A DNA stretch of 64,000 nucleotides from Eledone cirrhosa (Eukaryota). The notes under the pieces were generated by a model. That model was not told the origin of the DNA. It saw only the letters and a program-made list of their open reading frames with translations, and made no database searches. Positions 27,701 through 41,600 of the stretch are shown one piece after another. The stretch covers positions 263,004,001-263,068,000 of the forward strand of contig OZ024741.1 in the NCBI GenBank assembly GCA_964016885.1, in the 5' to 3' direction. The position numbers were made by a program, and so were the translations under genes. How positions within the stretch are numbered: the stretch's first letter is position 1; the number at the start of each line of letters is the position of its first letter.

Positions 27701-28754
27701 CGGTGTTTCGGCTTACGAGTGATTCGACTTACGAGTGTTTTGACTTACGGGTGTTTTGACTTACGGGTGTTGTGAATTACGAGTGTTCCGATTTACGAGT
27801 GTTTTGACTTACGGTGTTTCGGCTTACGAGTGATTCGACTTACGAATGTTTTGACTTACGGTTGTTTCGGCTTGCGAGTGTTTCGACTTACGAGTGTTTC
27901 GGCTTATGAGTGTTTCGACTTACTAATGTTTTTACTTACGAGTGTTCTGACTTACGAGTGTTCCGACTTACGAGTGTTCCGACTTACGAGTGTTTCCGCT
28001 TACGAGTGTTTCCGGCTTACGAGTGTTTCGACTTACGAGTGTTTTGACTTACGGTGTTTCGACTTACGAGTGATTCGACTTACGAGTGTTTTGACTTACG
28101 GGTGTTTTGACTTACGGGTGTTGTGAATTACGAGTGTTCCGATTTACGAGTGTTTTGACTTACGGTGTTTCGGCTTACGAGTGATTCGACTTACGAATGT
28201 TTTGACTTACGGGTGTTTCGGCTTGCTAGTGTTTCGACTTACGAGTGTTTCGGCTTATGAGTGTTTCGACTTACTACTGTTTTTACTTACGAGTGTTTCG
28301 GCGTACGAGTGTTTTGACTTACGAGTGTTTCGACTTACGAGTGTTTCGAATTACGAGTGTTTCGGCTTACGTGAGTTTCGACTTAAGAGTGTTCTGATTT
28401 ACGAGTGTTCTGACTTGCGGGTGTTCTGATTTACGAGTGTTCCGACTTACGAGTGATTCGACTTACGAGTGTTTTGACTTACGGGTGTTTTGACTTACGG
28501 GTGTTGTGAATTACGAGTGTTCCGAATTACGAGTGTTTTGACTTACGAATGTTTTGGCTTACGGTGTTTCGGCTTACGAGTGTTTCGAGTTACGAGTGTT
28601 TTGACTTACGCGTGTTTTGACATACGAGTGTTTCGATACGAGTGTTCTGACTTACGAGTGTTCTGACTTACTAGTGTTCTGACTTACGAGTGTTCCGACT
28701 TTACGAGTGTTTCGGCTCACGAGTGTTTCGGCTTACGAGTGTTTCGACTTACGA

Positions 28755-28823
28755 AAATAACAAATATACGCGGTTTCAAATCTCTATGATTTTCAAATTC
28801 ATTACATTAATCTTTATTTATAC
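28755..28823. other. 69-bp AT-rich element, copy 2 (allele ATATACG / TTCAAATTC)
   Basis: Same sequence and junctions as copy 1 with two substitutions. Confidence 0.95.
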
Positions 28824-31342
28824 GTTTCGCTTTACGAGTGTTTCGACTTACGAGTGTTTCGACATACGAGTGTTTCGACCTCCGAATGTTTTTGCTTACG
28901 GGTGTTTTGACTTACGAATGTTTCGGCTTACGAGTGTTTCGGCTTACGAGTGTTCCGACTTAGGAATGTTTCGGCTTACGAGTGTTTCCGGCTTACGAGT
29001 GTTTCGACTTACGAGTGTTTCGACTTTCGAGTGTTTTGACTTACGGTGTTTCGGCTTACGAGTGATTCGACTTACGAGTGTTTTGACTTACGGGTGTTTT
29101 GACTTACGGGTGTTGTGAATTACCAGTGTTCCGATTTACGAGTGTTTTGACTTACGGTGTTTCGGCTTGCGAGTGTTTCGACTTACGAGTGTTTCGGCTT
29201 ATGAGTGTTTCGACTTACTAATGTTTTTACTTACGAGTGTTTCGGCGTTCGAGTGTTTTGACTTACGAGTGTTTCGAGTTACGAGTGTTTTGACTTACGA
29301 ATGTTTTGACTTACGGGTGTTTCGGCTTACGGGTGTTTCGACTTACGAGTGTTTCGACTTATGAGTGTTTCGACCTACGAGTGTTCTGACTTACGAGTGT
29401 TCTGACTTACGAGTGTTCCGACTTAAAAGTGTTTCGGTTTACGAGTGTTTCGACATACGAGTGTTTTGACTTACGGGTGTTTCGACTTACGGGTGTTTCG
29501 ACTTACGAGTGTTTCGGCTTACGAGTGTTTCGACTTACTAATGTTTTTACTTACGAGTGTTTCGGTGTACGAATGTTTTGACTTAAGGATGTTTCGACTT
29601 ACTAGTGTTTCGACTTACGAGTGTTTCGGCTTACGTGAGTTTCGACTTAAGAGTGTTCTGATTTACGAGTGTTCTGACTTGCGGGTGTTCTGATTTACGA
29701 GTGTTCCGACTTACGAGTGTTTCGGCTTATGAGTGTTTCGGCTTACGAGTGTTTCGGCTTACGAGTGTTTCGACTTATGGGTGTTTCGACTTACGAGTGT
29801 TCTTACTTACGGTGTTTCGGCTTACGAGTGTTTCGACATACGAGTGTTTTGACTTACGGGTGTTTCGGCTTACGAGTGTTTCGACTTACGAGTGTTTCGG
29901 CTTACGAGTGTTTCGACTTACTAATGTTTTTACTTAAGAGTGTTTCGGCGTACGAGAGTTTTGACTTACTAGTGTTTCGAATTACGAGTGTTTTGACTTA
30001 CGAATGTTTTGACTTACGGGTGTTTCGGCTTATGAGTGTTTCGACTTACGAGTCTTTCGGCTTACGAGTGTTTCGACTTACTAATGTTTTTACTTACGAG
30101 TGTTTCGGCGTACGAGTGTTTCGACTTACGAGTGCTTCGACTTACGGGTGTTTTGACTTACGGGTGTTTCGGCTTACGAGTGTTTCGACTTACGAGTGTT
30201 TTGACTTAAGGGTGTTTCGACTTACGAGTATTTTTGGCTCACGAGTGTTTCGACTTACGAGTGTTTTGACTTACGAGTGTTCTGATTTACGGATGTTTCG
30301 ACTTCCGAGTGTTTTGACTTACGGTGTTTCGGCTTACGAGTGATTCGACTTACGAGTGTTTTGACTTACGGGTGATTTGACTTACGGGTGTTGTGAATTA
30401 CGAGTGTTCCGATTTACGAGTGTTTTGACTTACGGTGTTTCGGCTTACGAGTGATTCGACTTACGAATGTTTTGACTTACGTGTGTTTCGGCTTGCTAGT
30501 GTTTCGACTTACGAGTGTTTCGGCTTATGAGTGTTTCGACTTACTACTGTTTTTACTTACGAGTGTTTCGGCGTACGAGTGTTTTGACTTACGAGTGTTT
30601 CGAATTACGAGTGTTTTGACTTACGAATGTTTTGACTTACGGGTGTTTCGGCTTACGAGTGTTTCGACTTACGAGTGTTTCGGCTTGCGAGTGTTTCGAC
30701 TTACTAATGTTTTTACTTACGAGTTTTTCGGCGTACGAGTGTTTCGACTTACGAGTGTTTCGACTTACGGGTGTTTTGACTTAAGGGTGTTTCGACTTAC
30801 AAGTGATTCGACTTACGAGTGTTTCGACTTACGAGTGTTCTGACTTACGAGTGTTCTGATTTACGGATGTTTCGACATACGAGTGTTTCGACTTACGAGT
30901 GTTTCGACTTACGAGTGTTTTGACTTACGGGTGTTTTGACATACGAGTGTTTCGATACGAGTGTTTCGACTTACGAGTGTTCTGACTTACGAGTGTTCTG
31001 ATTTACGAGTGTTCCGACTTACGAGTGTTTCGGCTTACGAGTGTTTCGGCTTACGAGTGTTTCGACTTACGAGTGTTTCGACTTACGAGTGTTCCGACTT
31101 ACGGGTGTTTCGACTTACGAGCGGTTTGGCTTACGGTGTTTCGGCTTACGAGTGTTTCGAGTTACGAGTGTTTCGAGTTACGAGTGTTTTGACTTACGCG
31201 TGTTTTGACATACGAGTGTTTCGATACGAGTGTTCTGACTTACGAGTGTTCTGACTTACGAGTGTTCTGACTTACGAGTGTTCCGACTTTACGAGTGTTT
31301 CGGCTCACGAGTATTTCGGCTTACGAGTGTTTCGACTTACGA

Positions 31343-31411
31343 AAATAACAAATAGACGCGGTTTCAAATCTCTATGATTTTCAAATTCATTACATTAATC
31401 TTTATTTATAC
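31343..31411. other. 69-bp AT-rich element, copy 3 (allele ATAGACG / TTCAAATTC)
   Basis: Same junctions; allele intermediate between copies 1 and 2. Confidence 0.95.
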
Positions 31412-34400
31412 GTTTCGCTTTACGAGTGTTTCGACTTACGAGTGTTTCGACATACGAGTGTTTCGACCTCCGAATGTTTTTGCTTACGGGTGTTTTGACT
31501 TACGAATGTTTCGGCTTACGAGTGTTTCGGCTTACGAGTGTTCCGACTTAGGAATGTTTCGGCTTACGAGTGTTTCCGGCTTACGAGTGTTTCGACTTAC
31601 GAGTGTTTCGACTTTCGAGTGTTTTGACTTACGGTGTTTCGGCTTACGAGTGATTCGACTTACGAGTGTTTTGACTTACGGGTGTTTTGACTTACGGGTG
31701 TTGTGAATTACCAGTGTTCCGATTTACGAGTGTTTTGACTTACGGTGTTTCGGCTTGCGAGTGTTTCGACTTACGAGTGTTTCGGCTTATGAGTGTTTCG
31801 ACTTACTAATGTTTTTACTTACGAGTGTTTCGGCGTTCGAGTGTTTTGACTTACGAGTGTTTCGAGTTACGAGTGTTTTGACTTACGAATGTTTTGACTT
31901 ACGGGTGTTTCGGCTTACGGGTGTTTCGACTTACGAGTGTTTCGACTTATGAGTGTTTCGACCTACGAGTGTTCTGACTTACGAGTGTTCTGACTTACGA
32001 GTGTTCCGACTTACAAGTGTTTCGGTTTACGAGTGTTTCGACATACGAGTGTTTTGACTTACGGGTGTTTCGACTTACGGGTGTTTCGACTTACGAGTGT
32101 TTCGGCTTACGAGTGTTTCGACTTACTAATGTTTCGGCTTACGAGTGTTTCGGCTTACGAGTGTTCCGACTTAGGAATGTTTCGGCTTACGAGTGTTTCC
32201 GGCTTACGAGTGTTTCGACTTACGAGTGTTTCGACTTTCGAGTGTTTTGACTTACGGTGTTTCGGCTTACGAGTGATTCGACTTACGAGTGTTTTGACTT
32301 ACGGGTGTTTTGACTTACGGGTGTTGTGAATTACCAGTGTTCCGATTTACGAGTGTTTTGACTTACGGTGTTTCGGCTTGCGAGTGTTTCGACTTACGAG
32401 TGTTTCGGCTTATGAGTGTTTCGACTTACTAATGTTTTTACTTACGAGTGTTTCGGCGTTCGAGTGTTTTGACTTACGAGTGTTTCGAGTTACGAGTGTT
32501 TTGACTTACGAATGTTTTGACTTACGGGTGTTTCGGCTTACGGGTGTTTCGACTTACGAGTGTTTCGACTTATGAGTGTTTCGACCTACGAGTGTTCTGA
32601 CTTACGAGTGTTCTGACTTACGAGTGTTCCGACTTACAAGTGTTTCGGTTTACGAGTGTTTCGACATACGAGTGTTTTGACTTACGGGTGTTTCGACTTA
32701 CGGGTGTTTCGACTTACGAGTGTTTCGGCTTACGAGTGTTTCGACTTACTAATGTTTTTACTTACGAGTGTTTCGGTGTACGAATGTTTTGACTTAAGGA
32801 TGTTTCGACTTACGAGTGTTTCGACTTACGAGTGTTTCGGCTTACGTAAGTTTCGACTTAAGAGTGTTCTGATTTACGAGTGTTCTGACTTGCGGGTGTT
32901 CTGATTTACGAGTGTTCCGACTTACGAGTGTTTCGGCTTATGAGTGTTTCGACTTACGAGTGTTTCGGCTTACGAGTGTTTCGACTTATGGGTGTTTCGA
33001 CATACGAGTGTTTTGACTTACGAATGTTTTGACTTACGGGTGTTTCGGCTTACGAGTGTTTCGACTTACTAATGTTCTTACTTACGAGTGTTTCGGCGTA
33101 CGAGAGTTTTGACTTACGAGTGTTTCGACTTACGAGTGTTTCGACTTACGAGTGTTTTGACTTACGAAAGTTTTGACTTACGGGTGTTTCGGCTTACGAG
33201 TGTTTCGACTTACGAGTCTTTCGGCTTACGAGTGTTTCGGCGTACGAGTGTTTCGACTTACGAGTGTTTCGACTTACGGGTGTTTTGACTTACGGGTGTT
33301 TCGGCTTACGAGTGTTTCGGCTTATGATTGTTTCGACTTACGTGTGTTTTGACTTACGGTGTTTCAGATACGAGTGTTTTGACTTACGAGTGTTTTGACT
33401 TACGGGTGTTTTGACATACGAGTGTTTCGATACGAGTGTTCTGACTTACGAGTGTTCTGACTTACGAGTGTTTTGACTTACGAGTGTTCTGACTTACGAG
33501 TGTTCCGACTTACGAGTGTTCCAACTTACGAGTGTTTCGGCTTACGAGTGTTTCCGGCTTACGAGTGTTTCGACTTAGGAGTGTTTTGACTTACGGTGTT
33601 TCGGCTTACGAGTGATTCGACTTACGAGTGTTTTGACTTACGGGTGTTTTGACTTACGGGTGTTGTGAATTACGAGTGTTCCGATTTACGAGTGTTTTGA
33701 CTTACGGTGTTTCGGCTTACGAGTGATTCGGCTTACGAATGTTTTGACTTACGGGTGTTTCGGCTTGCGAGTGTTTCGACATACGAGTGTTTCGGCTTAT
33801 GAGTGTTTCGACTTACTAATGTTTTTACTTACGAGTGTTCTGACTTACGAGTGTTCCGACTTACGAGTGTTCCGACTTACGAGTGTTTCGGCTTACGGTG
33901 TTTCGGCTTACGAGTGTTTCGAGTTACGAGTGTTTTGACTTACGCGTGTTTTGACATACGAGTGTTTCGATACGAGTGTTCTGACTTACGAGTGTTCTGA
34001 CTTACGAGTGTTCTGACTTACGAGTGTTCCGACTTTACGAGTGTTTCGGCTTACGAGTGATTCGACTTACGAGTGTTTTGACTTACGAGTGTTTCGAGTT
34101 ACGAGTGTTTTGACTTACGAGTGTTTCGGCTTACGGGTGTTTCGACTTACGAGTGTTTCGACTTATGAGTGTTTCGACCTACGAGTGTTCTGACTTACGA
34201 GTGTTCTGACTTACGAGTGTTCCGACTTACAAGTGTTTCGGTTTACGAGTGTTTCGACATACGAGTGTTTTGACTTACGGGTGTTTCGACTTACGGGTGT
34301 TTCGACTTACGAGTGTTTCGGCTTACGAGTGTTTCGACTTACTAATGTTTTTACTTACGAGTGTTTCGGTGTACGAATGTTTTGACTTAAGGATGTTTCG

Positions 34401-35765
34401 ACTTACTAGTGTTTCGACTTACGAGTGTTTCGGCTTACGTGAGTTTCGACTTAAGAGTGTTCTGATTTACGAGTGTTCTGACTTGCGGGTGTTCTGATTT
34501 ACGAGTGTTCCGACTTACGAGTGTTTCGGCTTATGAGTGTTTCGACTTACGAGTGTTTCGGCTTACGAGTGTTTCGACTTATGGGTGTTTCGACTTACGA
34601 GTGTTCTTACTTACGGTGTTTCGGCTTACGAGTGTTTCGACATACGAGTGTTTTGACTTACGGGTGTTTCGGCTTAAGAGTGTTTCGACTTACGAGTGTT
34701 TCGGCTTACGAGTGTTTCGACTTACTAATGTTTTTACTTACGAGTGTTTCGGCGTACGAGAGTTTTGACTTACGAGTGTTTCGAATTACGAGTGTTTTGA
34801 CTTACGAATGTTTTGACTTACGGGTGTTTCGGCTTATGAGTGTTTCGACTTACGAGTCTTTCGGCTTACGAGTGTTTCGACTTACTAATGTTTTTACTTA
34901 TGAGTGTTTCGGCGTACGAGTGTTTCGACTTACGAGTGTTTCGACTTACGGGTGTTTTGACTTACGGGTGTTTCGGCTTACGAGTGTTTCGACTTACGAG
35001 TGTTTTGACTTAAGGGTGTTTCGACTTAGGAGTATTTTTGGCTCACGAGTGTTTCGACTTACGAGTGTTTTGACTTACGAGTGTTCTGATTTACGGATGT
35101 TTCGACTTCCGAGTGTTTTGACTTACGGTGTTTCGGCTTACGAGTGATTCGACTTACGAGTGTTTTGACTTACGTGTGTTTCGGCTTGCTAGTGTTTCGA
35201 CTTACGAGTGTTTCGGCTTATGAGTGTTTCGACTTACTACTGTTTTTACTTACGAGTGTTTCGGCGTGCGAGTGTTTTGACTTACGAGTGTTTCGAATTA
35301 CGAGTGTTTTGACTTACGAATGTTTTGACTTACGGGTGTTTCGGCTTACGAGTGTTTCGACTTACGAGTGTTTCGGCTTGCGAGTGTTTCGACTTACTAA
35401 TGTTTTTACTTAGGAGTTTTTCGGCGTACGAGTGTTTCGACTTACGAGTGTTTCGACTTACGGGTGTTTTGACTTAAGGGTGTTTCGACTTACAAGTGAT
35501 TCGACTTACGAGTGTTTCGACTTACGAGTGTTCTGACTTACGAGTGTTCTGATTTACGGATGTTTCGACATACGAGTGTTTCGACTTACGAGTGTTTCGA
35601 CTTACGAGTGTTTTGACTTACGGGTGTTTTGACATACGAGTGTTTCGATACGAGTGTTTCGACTTACGAGTGTTCTGACTTACGAGTGTTCTGATTTACG
35701 AGTGTTCCGACTTACGAGTGTTTCGGCTTACGAGTGTTTCGGCTTACGAGTGTTTCGACTTACGA

Positions 35766-35834
35766 AAATAACAAATATACGCGGTTTCAAATCTCTATGA
35801 TTTTCAAATTCATTACATTAATCTTTATTTATAC
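35766..35834. other. 69-bp AT-rich element, copy 4 (ATATACG / TTCAAATTC)
   Basis: Matches copy 2 by eye. Confidence 0.95.
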
Positions 35835-38558
35835 GTTTCGCTTTACGAGTGTTTCGACTTACGAGTGTTTCGACATACGAGTGTTTCGACCTCCGAATGT
35901 TTTTGCTTACGGGTGTTTTGACTTACGAATGTTTCGGCTTACGAGTGTTTCGGCTTACGAGTGTTCCGACTTAGGAATGTTTCGGCTTACGAGTGTTTCC
36001 GGCTTACGAGTGTTTCGACTTACGAGTGTTTCGACTTTCGAGTGTTTTGACTTACGGTGTTTCGGCTTACGAGTGATTCGACTTACGAGTGTTTTGACTT
36101 ACGGGTGTTTTGACTTACGGGTGTTGTGAATTACCAGTGTTCCGATTTACGAGTGTTTTGACTTACGGTCTTTCGGCTTGCGAGTGTTTCGACTTACGAG
36201 TGTTTCGGCTTATGAGTGTTTCGACTTACTAATGTTTTTACTTACGAGTGTTTCGGCGTTCGAGTGTTTTGACTTACGAGTGTTTCGAGTTACGAGTGTT
36301 TTGACTTACGAATGTTTTGACTTACGGGTGTTTCGGCTTACGGGTGTTTCGACTTACGAGTGTTTCGACTTATGAGTGTTTCGACCTACGAGTGTTCTGA
36401 CTTACGAGTGTTCTGACTTACGAGTGTTCCGACTTACAAGTGTTTCGGTTTACGAGTGTTTCGACATACGAGTGTTTTGACTTACCGGTGTTTCGACTTA
36501 CGGGTGTTTCGACTTACGAGTGTTTCGGCTTACGAGTGTTTCGACTTACTAATGTTTTTACTTACGATTGTTTCGGTGTACGAATGTTTTGACTTAAGGA
36601 TGTTTCGATTACGAGTGTTTCGACTTACGAGTGTTTCGGCTTACGTGAGTTTCGACTTAAGAGTGTTCTGATTTACGAGTGTTCTGACTTGCGGGTGTTC
36701 TGATTTACGAGTGTTTCGGCTTATGAGTGTTTCGACTTACGAGTGTTTCGGCTTACGAGTGTTTCGACTTATGGGTGTTTCGACATACGAGTGTTTTGAC
36801 TTACGGGTGTTTCGACTTACGAGTGTTTTGACTTACGAATGTTTTGACTTACGGGTGTTTCGGCTTACGAGTGTTTCGACTTACGAGTGTTTCGGCTTAC
36901 GAGTGTTTCGACTTACTAATGTTCTTACTTACGAGTGTTTCGGCGTACGAGAATTTTGACTTACGAGTGTTTCGACTTACGAGTGTTTCGACTTACGAGT
37001 GTTTTGACTTACGAAAGTTTTGACTTACGGGTGTTTCGGCTTACGAGTGTTTCGACTTACGAGTCTTTCGGCTTACGAGTGTTTCGGCGTACGAGTGTTT
37101 CGACTTACGAGTGTTTCGACTTACGGGTGTTTTGACTTACGGGTGTTTCGGCTTACGAGTGTTTCGGCTTATGATTGTTTCGACTTACGAGTGTTTTGAC
37201 TTACGGTGTTTCAGATACGAGTGTTTTGACTTACGAGTGTTTTGACTTACGGGTGTTTTGACATACGAGTGTTTCGATACGAGTGTTCTGACTTACGAGT
37301 GTTCTGACTTACGAGTGTTTTGACTTACGAGTGTTCTGACTTACGAGTGTTCCGACTTACGAGTGTTCCAACTTACGAGTGTTTCGGCTTACGAGTGTTT
37401 CCGGCTTACGAGTGTTTCGACTTCGGAGTGTTTTGACTTACGGTGTTTCGGCTTACGAGTGATTCGACTTACGAGTGTTTTGACTTACGGGTGTTTTGAC
37501 TTACGGGTGTTGTGAATTACGAGTGTTCCGATTTACGAGTGTTTTGACTTACGGTGTTTCGGCTTACGAGTGATTCGACTTACGAATGTTTTGACTTACG
37601 GGTGTTTCGGCTTGCGAGTGTTTCGACATACGAGTGTTTCGGCTTATGAGTGTTTCGACTTACTAATGTTTTTACTTACGAGTGTTCTGACTTACGAGTG
37701 TTCCGACTTACGAGTGTTCCGACTTACGAGTGTTTCGGCTTACGAGTGTTTCCGGCTTACGAGTGTTTCGACTTACGAGTGTTTCGACTTACGAGTGTTT
37801 TGACTTACGGTGTTTCGACTTACGAGTGATTCGACTTACGAGTGTTTTGACTTACGAGTGTTTTGACTTACGGGTGTTGTGAATTACGAGTGTTCCGATT
37901 TACGAGTGTTTTGACTTACGGTGTTTCGGCTTACGAGTGATTCGACTTACGAATGTTTTGACTTACGGGTGTTTCGGCTTGCTATTGTTTCGACTTACGA
38001 GTGTTTCGGCTTATGAGTGTTTCGACTTACTACTGTTTTTACTTACGAGTGTTTCGGCGTACGAGTGTTTTGACTTACGAGTGTTTCGAATTACGAGTGT
38101 TTTGACTTACGAATGTTTTGACATACGGGTGTTTCGGCTTACGAGTGTTTCGACTTACGAGTGTTTCGGCTTGCGAGTGTTTCGACTTACTAATGTTTTT
38201 ACTTAGGAGTTTTTCGGCGTACGAGTGTTTCGACTTACGAGTGTTTCGACTTACGGGTGTTTTGACTTAAGGGTGTTTCGACTTACAAGTGATTCGACTT
38301 ACGAGTGTTTCGACTTACGAGTGTTCTGACTTACGAGTGTTCTGATTTACGGATGTTTCGACATACGAGTGTTTCGACTTACGAGTGTTTCGACTTACGA
38401 GTGTTTTGACTTACGGGTGTTTTGACATACGAGTGTTTCGATACGAGTGTTTCGACTTACGAGTGTTCTGACTTACGAGTGTTCTGATTTACGAGTGTTC
38501 CGACTTACGAGTGTTTCGGCTTACGAGTGTTTCGGCTTACGAGTGTTTCGACTTACGA

Positions 38559-38627
38559 AAATAACAAATATACGCGGTTTCAAATCTCTATGATTTTCAA
38601 ATTCATTACATTAATCTTTATTTATAC
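38559..38627. other. 69-bp AT-rich element, copy 5 (ATATACG / TTCAAATTC)
   Basis: Matches copy 4 and lies 2793 bp downstream within a tandem duplication. Confidence 0.95.
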
Positions 38628-41600
38628 GTTTCGCTTTACGAGTGTTTCGACTTACGAGTGTTTCGACATACGAGTGTTTCGACCTCCGAATGTTTTTGCT
38701 TACGGGTGTTTTGACTTACGAATGTTTCGGCTTACGAGTGTTTCGGCTTACGAGTGTTCCGACTTAGGAATGTTTCGGCTTACGAGTGTTTCCGGCTTAC
38801 GAGTGTTTCGACTTACGAGTGTTTCGACTTTCGAGTGTTTTGACTTACGGTGTTTCGGCTTACGAGTGATTCGACTTACGAGTGTTTTGACTTACGGGTG
38901 TTTTGACTTACGGGTGTTGTGAATTACCAGTGTTCCGATTTACGAGTGTTTTGACTTACGGTGTTTCGGCTTGCGAGTGTTTCGACTTACGAGTGTTTCG
39001 GCTTATGAGTGTTTCGACTTACTAATGTTTTTACTTACGAGTGTTTCGGCGTTCGAGTGTTTTGACTTACGAGTGTTTCGAGTTACGAGTGTTTTGACTT
39101 ACGAATGTTTTGACTTACGGGTGTTTCGGCTTACGGGTGTTTCGACTTACGAGTGTTTCGACTTATGAGTGTTTCGACCTACGAGTGTTCTGACTTACGA
39201 GTGTTCTGACTTACGAGTGTTCCGACTTACAAGTGTTTCGGTTTACGAGTGTTTCGACATACGAGTGTTTTGACTTACCGGTGTTTCGACTTACGGGTGT
39301 TTCGACTTACGAGTGTTTCGGCTTACGAGTGTTTCGACTTACTAATGTTTTTACTTACGATTGTTTCGGTGTACGAATGTTTTGACTTAAGGATGTTTCG
39401 ATTACGAGTGTTTCGACTTACGAGTGTTTCGGCTTACGTGAGTTTCGACTTAAGAGTGTTCTGATTTACGAGTGTTCTGACTTGCGGGTGTTCTGATTTA
39501 CGAGTGTTTCGGCTTATGAGTGTTTCGACTTACGAGTGTTTCGGCTTACGAGTGTTTCGACTTATGGGTGTTTCGACATACGAGTGTTTTGACTTACGGG
39601 TGTTTCGACTTACGAGTGTTTTGACTTACGAATGTTTTGACTTACGGGTGTTTCGGCTTACGAGTGTTTCGACTTACGAGTGTTTCGGCTTACGAGTGTT
39701 TCGACTTACTAATGTTCTTACTTACGAGTGTTTCGGCGTACGAGAATTTTGACTTACGAGTGTTTCGACTTACGAGTGTTTCGACTTACGAGTGTTTTGA
39801 CTTACGAAAGTTTTGACTTACGGGTGTTTCGGCTTACGAGTGTTTCGACTTACGAGTCTTTCGGCTTACGAGTGTTTCGGCGTACGAGTGTTTCGACTTA
39901 CGAGTGTTTCGACTTACGGGTGTTTTGACTTACGGGTGTTTCGGCTTACGAGTGTTTCGGCTTATGATTGTTTCGACTTACGAGTGTTTTGACTTACGGT
40001 GTTTCAGATACGAGTGTTTTGACTTACGAGTGTTTTGACTTACGGGTGTTTTGACATACGAGTGTTTCGATACGAGTGTTCTGACTTACGAGTGTTCTGA
40101 CTTACGAGTGTTTTGACTTACGAGTGTTCTGACTTACGAGTGTTCCGACTTACGAGTGTTCCAACTTACGAGTGTTTCGGCTTACGAGTGTTTCCGGCTT
40201 ACGAGTGTTTCGACTTAGGAGTGTTTTGACTTACGGTGTTTCGGCTTACGAGTGATTCGACTTACGAGTGTTTTGACTTACGGGTGTTTTGACTTACGGG
40301 TGTTGTGAATTACGAGTGTTCCGATTTACGAGTGTTTTGACTTACGGTGTTTCGGCTTACGAGTGATTCGACTTACGAATGTTTTGACTTACGGGTGTTT
40401 CGGCTTGCGAGTGTTTCGACATACGAGTGTTTCGGCTTATGAGTGTTTCGACTTACTAATGTTTTTACTTACGAGTGTTCTGACTTACGAGTGTTCCGAC
40501 TTACGAGTGTTCCGACTTACGAGTGTTTCGGCTTACGAGTGTTTCCGGCTTACGAGTGTTTCGACTTACGAGTGTTTCGACTTACGAGTGTTTTGACTTA
40601 CGGTGTTTCGACTTACGAGTGATTCGACTTACGAGTGTTTTGACTTACGAGTGTTTTGACTTACGGGTGTTGTGAATTACGAGTGTTCCGATTTACGAGT
40701 GTTTTGACTTACGGTGTTTCGGCTTACGAGTGATTCGACTTACGAATGTTTTGACTTACGGGTGTTTCGGCTTGCTATTGTTTCGACTTACGAGTGTTTC
40801 GGCTTATGAGTGTTTCGACTTACTACTGTTTTTACTTACGAGTGTTTCGGCGTACGAGTGTTTTGACTTACGAGTGTTTCGAATTACGAGTGTTTTGACT
40901 TACGAATGTTTTGACATACGGGTGTTTCGGCTTACGAGTGTTTCGACTTACGAGTGTTTCGGCTTGCGAGTGTTTCGACTTACTAATGTTTTTACTTACG
41001 AGTTTTTCGGCGTACGAGTGTTTCGACTTACGAGTGTTTCGACTTACGGGTGTTTTGACTTAAGGGTGTTTCGACTTACAAGTGTTTCGACTTACGAGTG
41101 TTTCGACTTACGAGTGGTCTGACTTACGAGTGTTCTGATTTACGGATGTTTCGACATACGAGTGTTTCGACTTACGAGTGTTTCGACTTACGAGTGTTTT
41201 GACTTACGGGTGTTTTGACATACGAGTGATTCGATACGAGTGTTTCGACTTACGAGTGTTCTGACTTACGAGTGTTCTGACTTACGAGTGTTCTGACTTA
41301 CGAGTGTTCTGATTTACGAGTGTTCCGACTTACGAGTGTTTCGGCTTACGAGTGTTTCGACTTACGGGTGTTTTGACTTACGGGTGTTTCGGCTTACGAG
41401 TGTTTCGGCTTATGATTGTTTCGACTTACGAGTGTTTTGACTTACGGTGTTTCAGCTTACGAGTGTTTCGACTTTCGAGTGTTTTGACTTACGGGTGTTT
41501 TGACATACGAGTGTTTCGATACGAGTGTTCTGACTTACGAGTGTTCTGACTTACGAGTGTTTTGACTTACGAGTGTTCCGACTTACGCGTGTTCCGACTT

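Noticed and set aside
28690-29118. ORFs reading through the element (ENNKYTRFQISMIFKFITLIFIY, hydrophobic stretch)
   Set aside because: This is a chance translation of AT-rich DNA. Copies 1 and 3 have an in-frame TAG, and the flanks are pure satellite.
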